A stretch of 64,000 bases of DNA from contig NC_134031.1 of NCBI RefSeq assembly GCF_964204645.1, positions 20,963,910 to 21,027,909 of the forward strand, given 5' to 3'. Shown piece by piece: positions 1 to 12,431 of the stretch (the stretch's first letter is position 1; each line of letters begins with the position of its first letter). Made by a program: the position numbers and the translations under genes. The notes beneath the pieces are model-generated. The model saw only the letters and a list, made by a program, of their open reading frames with translations. It was not told the DNA's origin and did not search any database. The stretch is from Tubulanus polymorphus (lineage: Eukaryota > Animalia > Nemertea).

Positions 1-3000
1 AAGTTCTGCTCTTGTGGCGGCAAATTCCATTTCTTGTTCACACAATGAATCTTCTACATTATCGAGAGATTCTTGTAATCTTGAAATTTCGGTATCCTTT
101 AAACGAAGAGCTTCATCTTTCTGCTGTTTCCTTGTTTCCGATTCAGCCTGAAGATCAGATAAACTTTTTCTTGACTCAATCAACTGTTCATTCAGTTCGT
201 CACAATTTTTCTGCTGTTGATGAAGTTCTGAATTGATATCGTCAATTTTCTCGTGCAACGATACATTTTCACTGCGTATTCCATCATTCAATTCAGATAG
301 TTCAATAAATTTACATCTGGTGTCTGACAATTCCTTTTCATTTGCTTCAAACATTTGTTGTATTTTGTTTAGTTCATTTTTCAATTCCTTGTTTCCAGAT
401 TCCAATTCTTGCATCTGCATTTCCCGAGTCTCGTTAACAGTCTTTTGATTTTGCATCAACTGATTTATCTTCTCCTCTAAAAGTTGGTTATGCTGCTCAG
501 ATTCTAAACTCTTCTCAGAAATTTCATTATATTTCTCAGACAAATCATTTCTCTCGACAATGATTGCTTCGTAGTCTGCTTGAAGAGAAAATTTCTGCTG
601 AACCAGAGTTTCGTGCTGGTCCATCTGATTTTTCAATTTTTCTGTCTTCTCAGTGATTTGCTGAGCTAAATCCTCGAGTTTCGTTTGCATTTTGACCAAG
701 TTTTCTGATTGCTGACCAATTTCTGATTGTTGCGACTGGATTCGAGCTTCCTTGCTGGCAATAACTTCGTCTCTCTGCCCAATGATTTCTTCCAGCGAAG
801 TAGTTTTACTAGAAAATTGGTCAACCTGATAAGAAGAAACAGTATCAATCTGCTATTCAGCCTTATATTTTCATAAACCAAGATGACTACCAGTCAACCA
901 CCTTGAATGACATTATAACCTTAATTCAAATACAGATCCTAAATGTCATTTAACATTTTCATGAGAAAGTTCAATGCTCAACATCAAATACAGTTATAGG
1001 CCAAAAACTAAACATTAGGAATCAAAGACCACAGGTCAGCCATCTTGAATGCAATTACTTTCAAATTAACTAGGGTTTATTGTATGCCACCACATCCATC
1101 TAACTAACATGAAAATCTTAAGGATTGTATCTCAACTGGTTTTAAGTGATTGTGGTAACACAAACTTCATGCGGACACAGTACAGTGAGGTCATAATTGA
1201 CAAGCTGCCATTGACAACAATAGATAATATTCACCTGATCAGATAGACCTGCTAGTTTTCCAGAAAGTTCCACAGTTTGTTCCAGTAAATCTGAACTCTT
1301 TTGTTGCAATGAATTGCGCTCTCTTTCCACCTCAGTTAAAGATCCTGAAAAATAAATGTCATTGTTGAAAGAAACAGATCAATCCAGCAGTTCAATGAGT
1401 CTTTACACTTTTTCTCGTAGATGAAGGGCTTCTAGTGATTTTCATTGTCAGTCAGAAACTCACCTCGTAAATTAGCTTCAATCTGTTCATGTTGAGATTT
1501 TGTTGTTTTCAATTCTTCCTCAAACTGCATCAACTTGGCAGATTTTTCTTCTAATTCAGATTCATATTGAACCTTACCGTTTACGAGTTCCCTACAATCA
1601 ATAGAATATTGAATGAATGAAAGAATTTACAATTCAGATTCAGTTGTCGTAATTGTTCATTAAACATAACTCTTTATTTTCCAAAAAGGAGAAGTTTTAC
1701 TGAAAAACTTACTGATGAACTGCTTGAAGTGTCGTATGAGTTTCTTGCAAATGCTGCAATTCCGAAGCATTGCGAGTAGATTTTTCCACTTCAGCTTCCA
1801 CCTGAGCTGTCAAAGTTTGAATTTCTTGTTCACTCTTTTCCATCGATTCTTTCAATTCAGTGACTTCTTGCTGCAGTTTCATCAACTCGATGTTTTTATT
1901 TTGAACTGTCTGCTCAGAGTTTCCGAGCTGCACATCTAATTCATTCTTCAACTTCTCCATTTTACCGAGTTTTGTGTCGGCGTCTTCGAGTTTCTCTTGA
2001 AGATTGAGAATTTCGTTATTCTTTTCGTTGACCATACGATCGTAATTTTCTGTTTTGCCTTTCATCTGATCGACCGTAACCTGTAAATCTTCTGAACGTT
2101 TACTCAAAGTGAAATTATCGTCCATCAATCCGGAACTTTCGATTTCTTTCATTTGCAGCTCGTTTCTAACGGCGATAACGTTTCGTTCACTCTCCTCGTA
2201 TTTCAACTGTAATTCGTCGAAATCTTTTTGCATTTTTGCGATCTTCGAATCGACGTTCGTCTTTTCCGTTTGTATTTCGGCGACTTCTTTTTTCAGTTTA
2301 TCAACATTCGCGTTCAAATCTTTCGATTGTTTTTCGAACGTTTTGCGCAAGGTATCGATTTCTTGTTCCATTTGTTGTTTCTTTGCTTTGAGTTCTTCGT
2401 TGTACTGAGTCATTTTATCGATACGTGATTTTGTGTCACCGAGTTCTTTTTCCATACGAGTACAATCTCGCTGTCGTTCACAAAGATCTTTCGCCACAGT
2501 ATCCTATAAGAGATAATATATCGTAGTGTAAATGTTAGTATATCAATAAGTCATTATCCAGTTTGAATTCAAACACATGGTGATAACAACTTTACCTTAG
2601 ATTTTTTCAGCTCATCCGAGTTTCTTTGCATTTCTTGTTGCTGGCTCTGCATCTGTAAGATGAGAAATTCAAAACGTTGACAGTCAAAGTCTGTGAATTC
2701 CTCAGTTCTTCATTCATTTTATCAACAAGAAACATCCGAAATAATGACTGGGACAAAATATTTACCTTGTAGTTTGCCTGCTCAAGTTGCGCTTTGAGCT
2801 TAGTTATTTCTTCTGAGTGTTTGGTGATAGACTGATCTTTAGTGACGAGCATTTTCTCAGTGCGATCAAAATCCAGTTGCACTTCTTTCACACGGTCGTT
2901 CAGTTTTTGTATATCTTTATCGCGTGCTTGGATTCGCAATTCCAAATTAGCGTTACCCGTTTTCAGATCTACGATGAATAAACAGTTATCGTGGGTTAAA

Positions 3001-5620
3001 CTTAATGTAAAAGATTCAGACTATCTTGGTATTTCCAATGGTAAAAATACACAAACTACCGACATTTATTTTATTAAAATTGAAAGTATATCTTGAGCAT
3101 GTTTTTTATGTTGTCATTCTTAAAAGAAAACAGAACAAATTGTATTAAAAGTCAAGGAATTTAAGTAGTGCGAATGGTCATCAATCTAATTCATTGAACT
3201 AGAAATTTGATTTTGAGCATTCTTCTCGATTTTAAAAGAGCTACTCCTCTATAATTATAGCATGAACAGTTAGAGTTTGATTGATACCAAATTTTCTTAC
3301 GTTCAACTTCTTTCTTGAGCTGGTTGACAATTTTGTTATCATCTGCGCTAGGTTGAGGTAGCGCTGAAGCTACTGGTGTCGAGTTTGTCGTCACATTGTT
3401 GTAACCGCTGAATACATTCGCTTGTTGTTCTTGAGTTGTCGGTGGCGGCGGTTGTTTCATGTGTCTCGACGTCATTAACGATTGATCGTTATTCATACAC
3501 GGTGGCGGCTCCGGTGAATCACGCGCAAATGGGCAACTGCTACGACTATTACTCTATAAATAAATACTTGATTCTAGAACATTGATTGGGTAGGGTAGAA
3601 TTTTGACTCAAATTCCAACATGAAATGAGTAGACATTCAAGTCTCTCCTACATTCTTCTAATCGTTGATTGCCCGGGAACCTAAATCACGGGACATGTTT
3701 CATTGAATACAAACTAAGAAACTTCCTTTACTAAACATAGCCTAAATTATTAAAGGAGGTAACTAAGAAATTCTATATAAGCGCATTAGGGATTCAAAAG
3801 TAGGATATATCTAATCTTGCTACTTACATTTTTACGATAATTGTTATAATTGGTCGGTGGTGCTGGAACACCGAGTCCGAATGGGTCATGTTGTCTGGTA
3901 ACTGGGGCAGCTGATTCAAAAGACACTAGAGGACCTTCAATGGCTGTCGGTCCATTTTGATACTTATTTGAGTCGGTCGTAAATTCAGCAAGCTTAAGAA
4001 AAATTATATCAAGTTACGTAAAACCAGTGTTAGATCGAAGCCACAATTATGATTTATTCACAACAAAATGAACCACACTATACGCGATCTGATTGACTCA
4101 TTTTGGACAAAAACATCAAGAAATATTACCTTTAACTGTAGATTGTGAAGATTCTGTTGAAGCTTTTGTTGTTCCATCATCGCTTCGTCTCTGGATGTTT
4201 CAGCAGATGACAACTTTGACTTCAAATCGGCTATCAGTTGATTGTTCGTTTCCTTCAAATTGTAAATCAAGACATTAGCAATTTATGTATAGTAGTTAAA
4301 CACATGGACATTCTTATGCCATACCCAGCAAGGCGCAATGTTTTGAAATGATATCATCAAATGCCATGAATCTTATATCCCCAGAGCCGGCCCATTTGAT
4401 ACACAACAAGTCATGACCTTCACATAGTTTGACTTGAGATGTGGCTGAATGACTTTTGTCTACCAATGCCACAAAACGATTAAGCTTGAAATCTTTTGAA
4501 ACAATATAATCAAAACAACATACAAAATCACTGTCCGAAGAGCTTCCATGCCCGCTGCGTGATCGTGATCGCTGAACGTTGTTTCCCATACGTCGTAAGT
4601 GATCATTTTCACTGTTCAGTTTCTCATAGCGACGATCTAAATCATGTACTTCTTGTTGCAGACGATCGAGTTCCGTTTGAAGTTTTCCGGTCTGAAATAA
4701 CAACAATAGCAATAGAAAACATGTACATGACTATAAAATTGAACAAGAGTTTTTACTAATTTGCCGTGTCTATATTCCTGTGCACATGATGTAGACATTT
4801 ACAGAAGATTTACCAGTCAATCTGAATTTGTATTTTTTTTTATAAACTACCCCTTATTCGCTAGAAGACCCCACAGTTTGTGATGCTCTGGTTCTCTACT
4901 CATTATCTAAATATATCTACTAAAATCATTTATGAAAACTTGACTCATACGAAACTGCTTATGATTCATCGATATTTTTTTTTGCTTAACCCAACCTTGG
5001 ATTGAAAATAAATTCATGCGCTCTGGAGATACAAGGCCTAGGTAACAGTGTCTCGCAGAAATAAAATAAACTGTAGCTATAAGTTATTTAAATCTTTAGG
5101 CTGTAGCCATATAACTGAACTTGGATTGGAGATTATTCTCATAGTGCATACTTTATTTGTTTCGTGATCTAATTGAGTTTTCGCTTGGTTCAGTTGACCG
5201 AGAATGCTTGTTATATACGTTTCCTTGTTGCTTAATTCATGTTGGAATTTCTGAGATTTCTTATTCAACTCTTCGCACTGATCCATTAGCGACTGATTCT
5301 CACGTTGTATGATTCCTTTCTGCGATCGTTCTTCTTCTATTTTCCTTTTTTGATTCTCCATCGCCTAAACGAAAGACATTTTATTTCACTTAAATACAAG
5401 TAGATTGATACTAATTTTAGTCCTCCTTTATCTATAGGCTACTGTTAGATGTAATTGGATTGTAACATCAATCTCAACTGACCTGCTCCAGAGTATCCAA
5501 GCGACATTGTTTCATTTGACATTCTTTCTTGAACCTTTCCACTTGTCCCTCGATTTTTTCCACCTCTTGCAACGCTCTGTACGGCAAGCCATCTTTCCAT
5601 TCGTTACGAGCCCAACTCAT
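1..5620 (-). CDS. CENPF: Centromere protein F-like coiled-coil protein, 5' part (continues off the left edge). Coding exons: 5620-5483, 5364-5152, 4691-4524, 4252-4130, 3992-3828, 3553-3301, 2968-2766, 2652-2596, 2503-1713, 1591-1464, 1344-1235, 825-<1
   Basis: The N-terminus MSWARNEWKDGLPYRALQEVEKIEGQVERFKKECQMKQCRLDTLEQ|AMENQKRKIEEERSQKGIIQRENQSLMDQCEELNK matches the CENP-F N-terminal domain (MSWALEEWKEGLPTRALQKI...). All listed exons have GT-AG boundaries in consistent phase. Downstream exons are long heptad-rich coiled coil. Confidence 0.88.
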
Positions 5621-5830
5621 GGTTGCTCGACGAGATTATCCTACATAATAACAATGAATGAAAATTTTTAGGGATGTTAATTTAGAATTCCATAGTCCAG
5701 CCTTTTTTGCTTATAAGCCTAGTCCAAATATTAAAAAATTGAACTTGAAAAGATTAATAATGGAAAATTAGTTTTGTTACATCGTAAAGTGGAGCTGCTT
5801 ACAGCCCCCTCTCTCTCAGTCTCTGATGGA

Positions 5831-6376
5831 CTAATGTCTATTTATTAATTGATGAGACCTGTTTTTCTGGGATATTTTGCTTACTTTTTGGGGTACATAC
5901 CTCATTTATGTCTTAACAGAATGCCAAAAATCGCGGACAACAACTGAATATCCGATATATTTCCAGTTCTGTACCAATTAGATGGATTGGCAAAAAGACT
6001 CCTTAAGTCTAGTTGAATGAGAGAAAATCTTCCATTTTGTCAAATTTCTTGGATTTGAACATTGTTACCATGCCTACGCCACCCTGATTTAGTTGTTGAG
6101 ACCCCACAAGAAAAATAACTTCATTTTGTAGGCATGGTGACAATGTAAAAATTCAAGAAATTTGACAAAATGGAGGATTTTCTCTCTCATTCAACTGGAC
6201 TTAAGGAGTCTTTTTGGCAATCCATCTTATTGGTACAGAACTGGAAATATATCGGATATTAAGTTGTTGTCCGCGATTTTTGGCATTCTGTTTAGACATA
6301 AATGAGGTATGTACCCCAAAAAGTAAGCAAAATATCGCAGAAAAACAGGTCTCATCCATTAATAAATAGACATTAG
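5831..6376. mobile_element. Foldback/MITE-like long inverted repeat (arms 5831-6077 and 6128-6376, ~50-bp spacer) in the CENPF 5' UTR intron
   Basis: CTAATGTCTATTTATTAATTGATGAGACCTG...TTACCATGCCTAC is the near-perfect reverse complement of GTAGGCATGGTGAC...CAGGTCTCATCCATTAATAAATAGACATTAG. No coding capacity. Confidence 0.85.
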
Positions 6377-6681
6377 AAAAAGCATATCGTGTGGAGGATT
6401 GGAATCATTCATTCTCACTCACAGTCCATCAAGTTTCACTCAGTTTACCACAAACAAACACAAGATGAGGACGAGGATCATTTTTGTATCAATAAAGTCC
6501 AACAAAACAGTGACGTGTACGTACAACAGACAGCTAACTGTTACCGTTCACTTTACGACACTTTCTGAAGGAACTGATTCCATCCGATGAACTTTCCAAT
6601 GAACTTTCTTTTCATTTTTCAGCAAGGCTTAAAGGCCTGGCTCGGAATAAATTATATATTGATTAACCAACGATCCCTTAC

Positions 6682-6780
6682 CTTTTAACAACGATAAACC
6701 GAAGGGTTAACACACAAAAGCACTAAAAGTGCCGAATTTCCCTGAAAAAAACGACTAAAAACACAACAGCTGAGTTTCAG
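6682..6780 (-). other. Probable non-coding first exon of CENPF
   Basis: Donor AAG|GTAAGG at 6681-6680 and acceptor TAG at 5642-5641, just upstream of the ATG. The 5' end is approximate. Confidence 0.5.
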
Positions 6781-6823
6781 TTTCCGCTTTGAATTTGGCG
6801 TACAGTCGTTTAGCGCATGCGCA
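6781..6823. promoter_or_regulatory. Bidirectional CENPF/ACOT7 promoter core: E2F-like TTTCCGC (6781-6787), CHR TTTGAA (6788-6793), E2F-like TTTGGCG (6794-6800), NRF1-like GCGCATGCGCA (6813-6823)
   Basis: Motifs read directly from the sequence, lying between two divergently oriented genes. Confidence 0.55.
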
Positions 6824-7635
6824 AACCCGATTCGAATGAAAAGCTAATTCAATTTAGACTTTATTTATCGAACTTTTTTCTCGTTTTAGGTCCTCGTCTC
6901 GTTTTTCCTACCCAGTCTTGTATTGGTAAAATAGACGGTAGTCGGTCTCCGGTTTCAAAAATTCAGCTTGATTATTGGGTTTTGTTCATCTACGCACGTT
7001 TGTGACGACCTAAAAGACTGGTTGCCTGTGCCATAAGGAAGATAGAGACCGGTAACCAGTCTAGGTGTATATTTACAACCGCCCCCAAGGTCGTTGAACG
7101 TTGCTACGCTATGCCAAAACAAAAATGTTCATTGTTGTCAGCACTGCTCGATACCAGTTTTTTATTTGCGCTAATTAACTACACTATTCATCGATATGTC
7201 ACATACCAATAGTTAAAGAAGACAAAGAGAAGTTGTTCCCTAAACTAAATAAGAAAGAATTAAAGAAAAAACCTTCCAACTGATGGATTTGACTGAATAA
7301 TAGCGTGGGGTTCGAACCTAGATGACGTTTTTTCACGCACTCTACCGACGATTCAACTTGCATCAATTTCGGTTTATACGCCTCTGCAGTAAGAGATGCG
7401 CCAATCGAAGTAGAATCGCTAGGAAAAATAAACACGGCATCGTTATGGCTGATATTATGATTGACAAGAATCTGATCCACGGGATTACATGTTCCAAGTA
7501 AGATTGTGAAATCAATCACTGAAAGTGATGTCGGTCATCCCGAGCAAAGCCAAACAAAATCATGACGACATCGCTACAGCTGCAGTCGTCATCACATCAA
7601 CTCAGTGGGGGTCCAAACTCATAACTCAATCGATC

Positions 7636-10289
7636 ATGGCACAGTATGCTACTAGCAAACAAAAACAGATGAAAAATTTTAGGCCTAACAGTATTGTAGT
7701 ATCATTGTAAGTATTGTATGCTTTGGGGGGATACCCTCACACTGACTGTGGAACTGGACTGTTGGGGACGGATACTTATTGGAGGGCCAGGCATACATAG
7801 GCCTGTGGTGAACCCACCTGACTCAGGACCACAAGCATATAAACTGATCTTGCCCATATGGTAAAAACACCCAACATGTTTACACTGTTTGAGGCCTAGT
7901 TATTAGTTCTACCCTTGCTCATATTAACCCTCCATGTATCTTGTCACTGCTGTTATTTCGATGATATCTATAAGTACAGTAAGAACAGTCTTGGGCTTTG
8001 CTGCAGAAATATCTTTAAAACCAGATATTGATAATATTTAATTTCTGGTAATTTCAGGCGGATGCTTCCGGACGACGCGAATCCTGCCGGGAATGTTCAT
8101 GGCGGGAACATCCTGAAAATGATTGAAGAAGCCGGTTACATAATCACCACGCGATATTGTAATAAAATGATGGCGAAAGATGCGACAGCGGATGATATAT
8201 CGCAACTAGTTCCCGTACAAACGGCTCTGGTGCGAGTCGAGAGGATGGATTTTCTCGAGCCGATGTATATAGGAGAAGTTGCTGAGGCTTCAGCTGAAAT
8301 AACCTACACAGCCGCTCATTCGCTGGAAGTGATGGTCAAAGTCTGGGCTGAAAATATCGAAAAAGGTTTTTGTCGGATTTTATGAATCTTTGTGCAAGTT
8401 TTCATGGATATTTGATCAATCAGCTTGTAAATGGCCAGATTAGATTATCACAATGGGATACTAGTACTCACCAGATGGTGCAACGAAACACTGGGTCATT
8501 TGTAGTGAAAATCAGTTCATTTTCAATGAAATTTAAACTTGAATTTTAGGCTTCCAAATCTGAATATTAGCATTGCCGGTATCCCATTGTGGAGTTGTAG
8601 CCCATAATATCGTGATCTAATTTTCATCAGGTACAAAGCGTTTGACAAATGAGGCCCACCTGTGGTACGTTCCGTGCGATACAGAATGCGGTAAGGTTGC
8701 TACGGTACCGAGAATGTCCTACGATACTCCGAATGCTGAAGCCGAAGGTAGAAAACGTTATCTACAACAGAAAGAAGAGCGGGTTCTCGCTCCAGAGAGT
8801 TTACTTTCTCCATCTCCACCTCATTCAGGAGATATTTCTAACAATAGTCCTTGTAAGTAGGCCATGACCTAATAGCATTGATAACATTTGGATTGATCAG
8901 TATCCGCCATCAGTATCGGTATTGTTTCCAAACATTTCATAAAATTCTTTTCCGTCATTTCTTTTTTAGTTACATTTCCTGAACGTTACACAGTACGTTA
9001 TTCGCAGACGACGTTGTCACACCTAGTAACGCCCTCTGACTGTACGATGTATGGTAATGTAGCAGGCGGTGTACTGATGAAACTGATGGATAACTGCGCA
9101 GGCGTCGTCGCCGCAAAACATTGTCATAGTAACGTAGTGACAGCTTGCGTCGATACAATCGATTTTAAAAAAAGTGCTCGCCTTTGTAAGTTTTATTTTT
9201 TCATCCATCTCTTCAATGTTTTTTTAGACCGAACAGAATTCTACGGTCGGTCCCATTTTATCTCATCCTCCCTCGGCAGGGACCTGATGATTGGTACCAC
9301 AGTGTTTGGTTCCTGGTCTCATGAATTGAGAAATATCAGAATTGAAAATGATCAGGAAACCAAAGAGTTTTTTAAGCCAATACTTTCAAATTTGGGATAA
9401 GAAAGTTTATCTTTAATTACAATGATTTTCGAAAGTGCTAACCGATTTAGACAACCGATTATTTAACCTTGTCCATTATACTTAACACTGATTTTTTTCT
9501 AAATTCACATTTTTCAGCAAGTTTGCTCACAATTCAGGGCAGGGCAGTATTCACGAGTTCTCGAACTATAGAAGTTGAATTAATCGTCGACGCGGAAACA
9601 ATGGAAAGTTTCATGACCCAAAGTAAAATCCGTGCCGTTCAGGCTTATTATACGTTTGTCTCGTTAGATAAAACTCGAAAAACGCTTCCGATTGAACCTT
9701 TAAATGTGAGTGGTTCTTACATTGTCAAGTATTCAACCAGTTCCACAGTTGTGAGTTAAGATTTGACTCCGAGTTAAAACATCGAAAATGAACTAACTTT
9801 AACTGATTCGGAGTTAACTCTAACTCACAACTGTGGAACTGGGTCCTAAACTGTTCATATTGACGTAAGATGAACCTCAAAAATTCCATATTGAAGAGTT
9901 TTGTTTAACAGCTCGTTTACCAACTGACTGCAATGAGTTCATAGTCAATGATGAATGACAGTAGTAATTATTCATTGAAGTACTTTCCTTAGGGATGACT
10001 GCCGAATTCCCCCAATAAAATTATGTTGGAAATATCGTGCTGCTTTATTAGGGAATCCAATATACTTCCTGATCCATTTCAAAGGGCCCTAGAAATTGTA
10101 GACCATTGATAATAATACGGACCATTCCTTCAGCGATATTCGATGATCTGTTAATCTTTTCATTTTCTCTTTATTTAGTTAATTTCTGATGGTGAGAAAA
10201 AACGGTTTGAGGAACGTCGTCTACGATATGAAAATAGAAAAGCTAATCGCGCAAAACGTAAACAGTTAGCAGAGCAAAGTCAATTATAA
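7636..10289 (+). CDS. ACOT7: Cytosolic acyl-CoA thioester hydrolase (double hotdog fold). Exons: 7636(or 7528)-7706, 8058-8365, 8631-8852, 8970-9185, 9518-9705, 10179-10289
   Basis: Spliced translation ...SIVVSLRMLPDDANPAGNVHGGNILKMIEEAG...TKRLTNEAHLWYVP...SQTTLSHLVTPSDCTMYGNVAGGVLMKLMDNCAG...EKKRFEERRLRY matches ACOT7. The catalytic Asn (PDDAN) and Asp (LMD) are retained and all splice phases are consistent. The start codon is uncertain (7636 has ATCATGG context). Confidence 0.92.
9737..9847. mobile_element. Short MITE in the last ACOT7 intron; related copies at ~45783-45892 and ~57944-58010
   Basis: Terminal inverted repeat CCAGTTCCACAGTTGTGAGTTA...TAACTCACAACTGTGGAACTGG. Similar ends recur elsewhere in the window. 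Confidence 0.7.
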
Positions 10290-11325
10290 AACATTCCGTA
10301 GCTAATTTTGATTACCGGTACTTAGGTAAAGTTCTCTGAAATGATGTGCAATAAATAATTAGTGAAAAATCAATATCCCAGTAAAATCGTTAACCAGTAT
10401 TTCAACTAGAGCAGACAACACAGCTAGGCGCTGCAGGTATCAATCAACACATTCTATACTTTCTGAGGCTCCACCTGTGCTCAGGACATCACTAGTACTA
10501 ATCGATGGTTTACAAATGCCGGACATTTCATCGTAACACTTTTCAAAAGGTGATTATAACGAATGGTGAATATCTGAAAGGGTTGGTACACACTGCAGAT
10601 TCATAGCTGCATTAGTTCAGATATTTGTTGTAAACTCCGTCGGAAAAAAATGTCTGCAAAATGTCGAACTGATTACTAACTACTCGTCATAATTCGATAT
10701 AACTGTATTATTATTGTGTCAGTAGATATAATTACATCGTAGTCTGGCAGTTTGCAACTGTATTAAAGACATGTGATGTGGTGAGATGGAAATGATTTTT
10801 CATCCAAAAAAGATTCCACTCAGAATTTACTTCACAGTGAATAATAATTATAGGGGTCAGTGACTATCTGTGGGTAGGAAAGTCTCAGTTGTAAATTGTT
10901 GAATGTTGGTGATACATACAATTTATCAATGGCAACTGATTTATTTTTCGATTTAGATCTCTGTATTTAGATATGATGTATATACTTTATATGTACTTCT
11001 TAGAATCATAACGAAAATAAACATCGATCTATGAAAAAGAAAGTCTTTTATTTCGGACGCCTGCATCGGATGAGTATGATTAGCGTTGAACTCCTGTGGA
11101 CTGGATTCTTAGCTGAGCATGGATGGTATTTTTACAATGAATCATCAAATATTCTGTCCACAGAAAACATTGAAGAATCTGTTTCACGGACTCGGAGAAA
11201 ATGACTCGAAGTGACCCGCGCCAGGTCGGCGTGAATGATCTTGTAGGGTTGTTGTAGGGTCATGATAATATTCGATAAATGAAGATCGTCCAGTACGTAG
11301 TTACATAGACTTTGTCTTTAAACCC

Positions 11326-11705
11326 GCCGATTAGGAGTATAAACTGTGGTGGTGTACGCGGTTTACAGGAGGTAGTCACCGTCACGCCAGTCGAGACTCG
11401 AGCCGATTAGGAGTATAAACTGTGGTGGTGTACGCGGTTTACAGGAGGTAGTCACCGTCACGCCAGTCGAGACTCGAGCCGATTAGGAGTATAAACTGTG
11501 GTGGTGTACGCGGTTTACAGGAGGTAGTCACCGTCACGCCAGTCGAGACTCGAGCCGATTAGGAGTATAAACTGTGGTGGTGTACGCGGTTTACAGGAGG
11601 TAGTCACCGTCACGCCAGTCGAGACTCGAGCCGATTAGGAGTATAAACTGTGGTGGTGTACGCGGTTTACAGGAGGTAGTCACCGTCACGCCAGTCGAGA
11701 CTCGA
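11326..11705. repeat. Perfect minisatellite, 5 x 76 bp
   Basis: Unit GCCGATTAGGAGTATAAACTGTGGTGGTGTACGCGGTTTACAGGAGGTAGTCACCGTCACGCCAGTCGAGACTCGA starts at 11326, 11402, 11478, 11554 and 11630. Confidence 0.97.
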
Positions 11706-11860
11706 CTTGAACGAGTCCATTGTGTCGCACTTTACCACACGACTGAAGCCGGGAAACTGTTCCATGGTTCAATAACTCTTTGGGTAAAACTATTTTGTCT
11801 AATGGCAGTCTTGCATCTTGGCTTGTCAAGTTTAAGTGGATGTCCCCCGAGTGTAGCCGA
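11630..11860 (-). mobile_element. 3'-terminal fragment of a CR1/L2-type LINE ORF2 (degenerate, frameshifted)
   Basis: The minus strand translates to (TRG)HPLKLDKPRCKTAIRQNSFTQRVIEPWNSFPASVV/KCDTMDSFKSSLD. This is the typical CR1/L2 ORF2 C-terminal motif set (TRGH, RV..WNxLP, SFKxxLD). Confidence 0.75.
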
Positions 11861-12431
11861 TGCGTCTACATCACCGCGAGCTCGGGGCGGTTACTGTAAC
11901 AATGCGAGTTGGAGCGAGCGAAACGCAATCACAATTCACAGCGCTAGATTGCAGGCTTACGCTCGGTACATGTATACTGAGACTCGTTTACAGGATATTC
12001 TCTTTCATGTAGCCCCATATACATAAAGGGGCGGATCTAGGGTTGTATTCAGGGCCGGAGATTCCCACCCTAGAATGGGGGATATCATTACAATCAAAAG
12101 GGCACCTGAAACATGAACTCATTTTTGGAAATACAGAGAACATGATTATAATTTCAAATCCCGTGAAATTTCAGGGAAACTCGTCATTTTTGACGATTTT
12201 GTTTGATAAGAATCAGAAACCGACATAAAAAACTTACATAGATTGTATAAAATCGTTGAATATAATTTATTTCCGAGGAGACCGATAAAAATATTTACAA
12301 ATCTTCACAGTTTCGCATTTTATTTACAAGCAGATTAAAACGATTCTGAAATAGTGGAATAAATGCATGATTGATATCATCCCGATATCATTTTTTCCAC
12401 TGGAAAATCATTTCACTTCAGACGCAAACCT

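Noticed and set aside
12-4759. Plus-strand ORFs over the CENPF region
   Set aside because: Antisense shadows of the coiled-coil coding exons.
11326-11705. 76-bp repeat as a tRNA array or CRISPR array
   Set aside because: The units are contiguous and identical with no spacers. There is no cloverleaf or canonical T-loop, and the unit is explained as a LINE tail.
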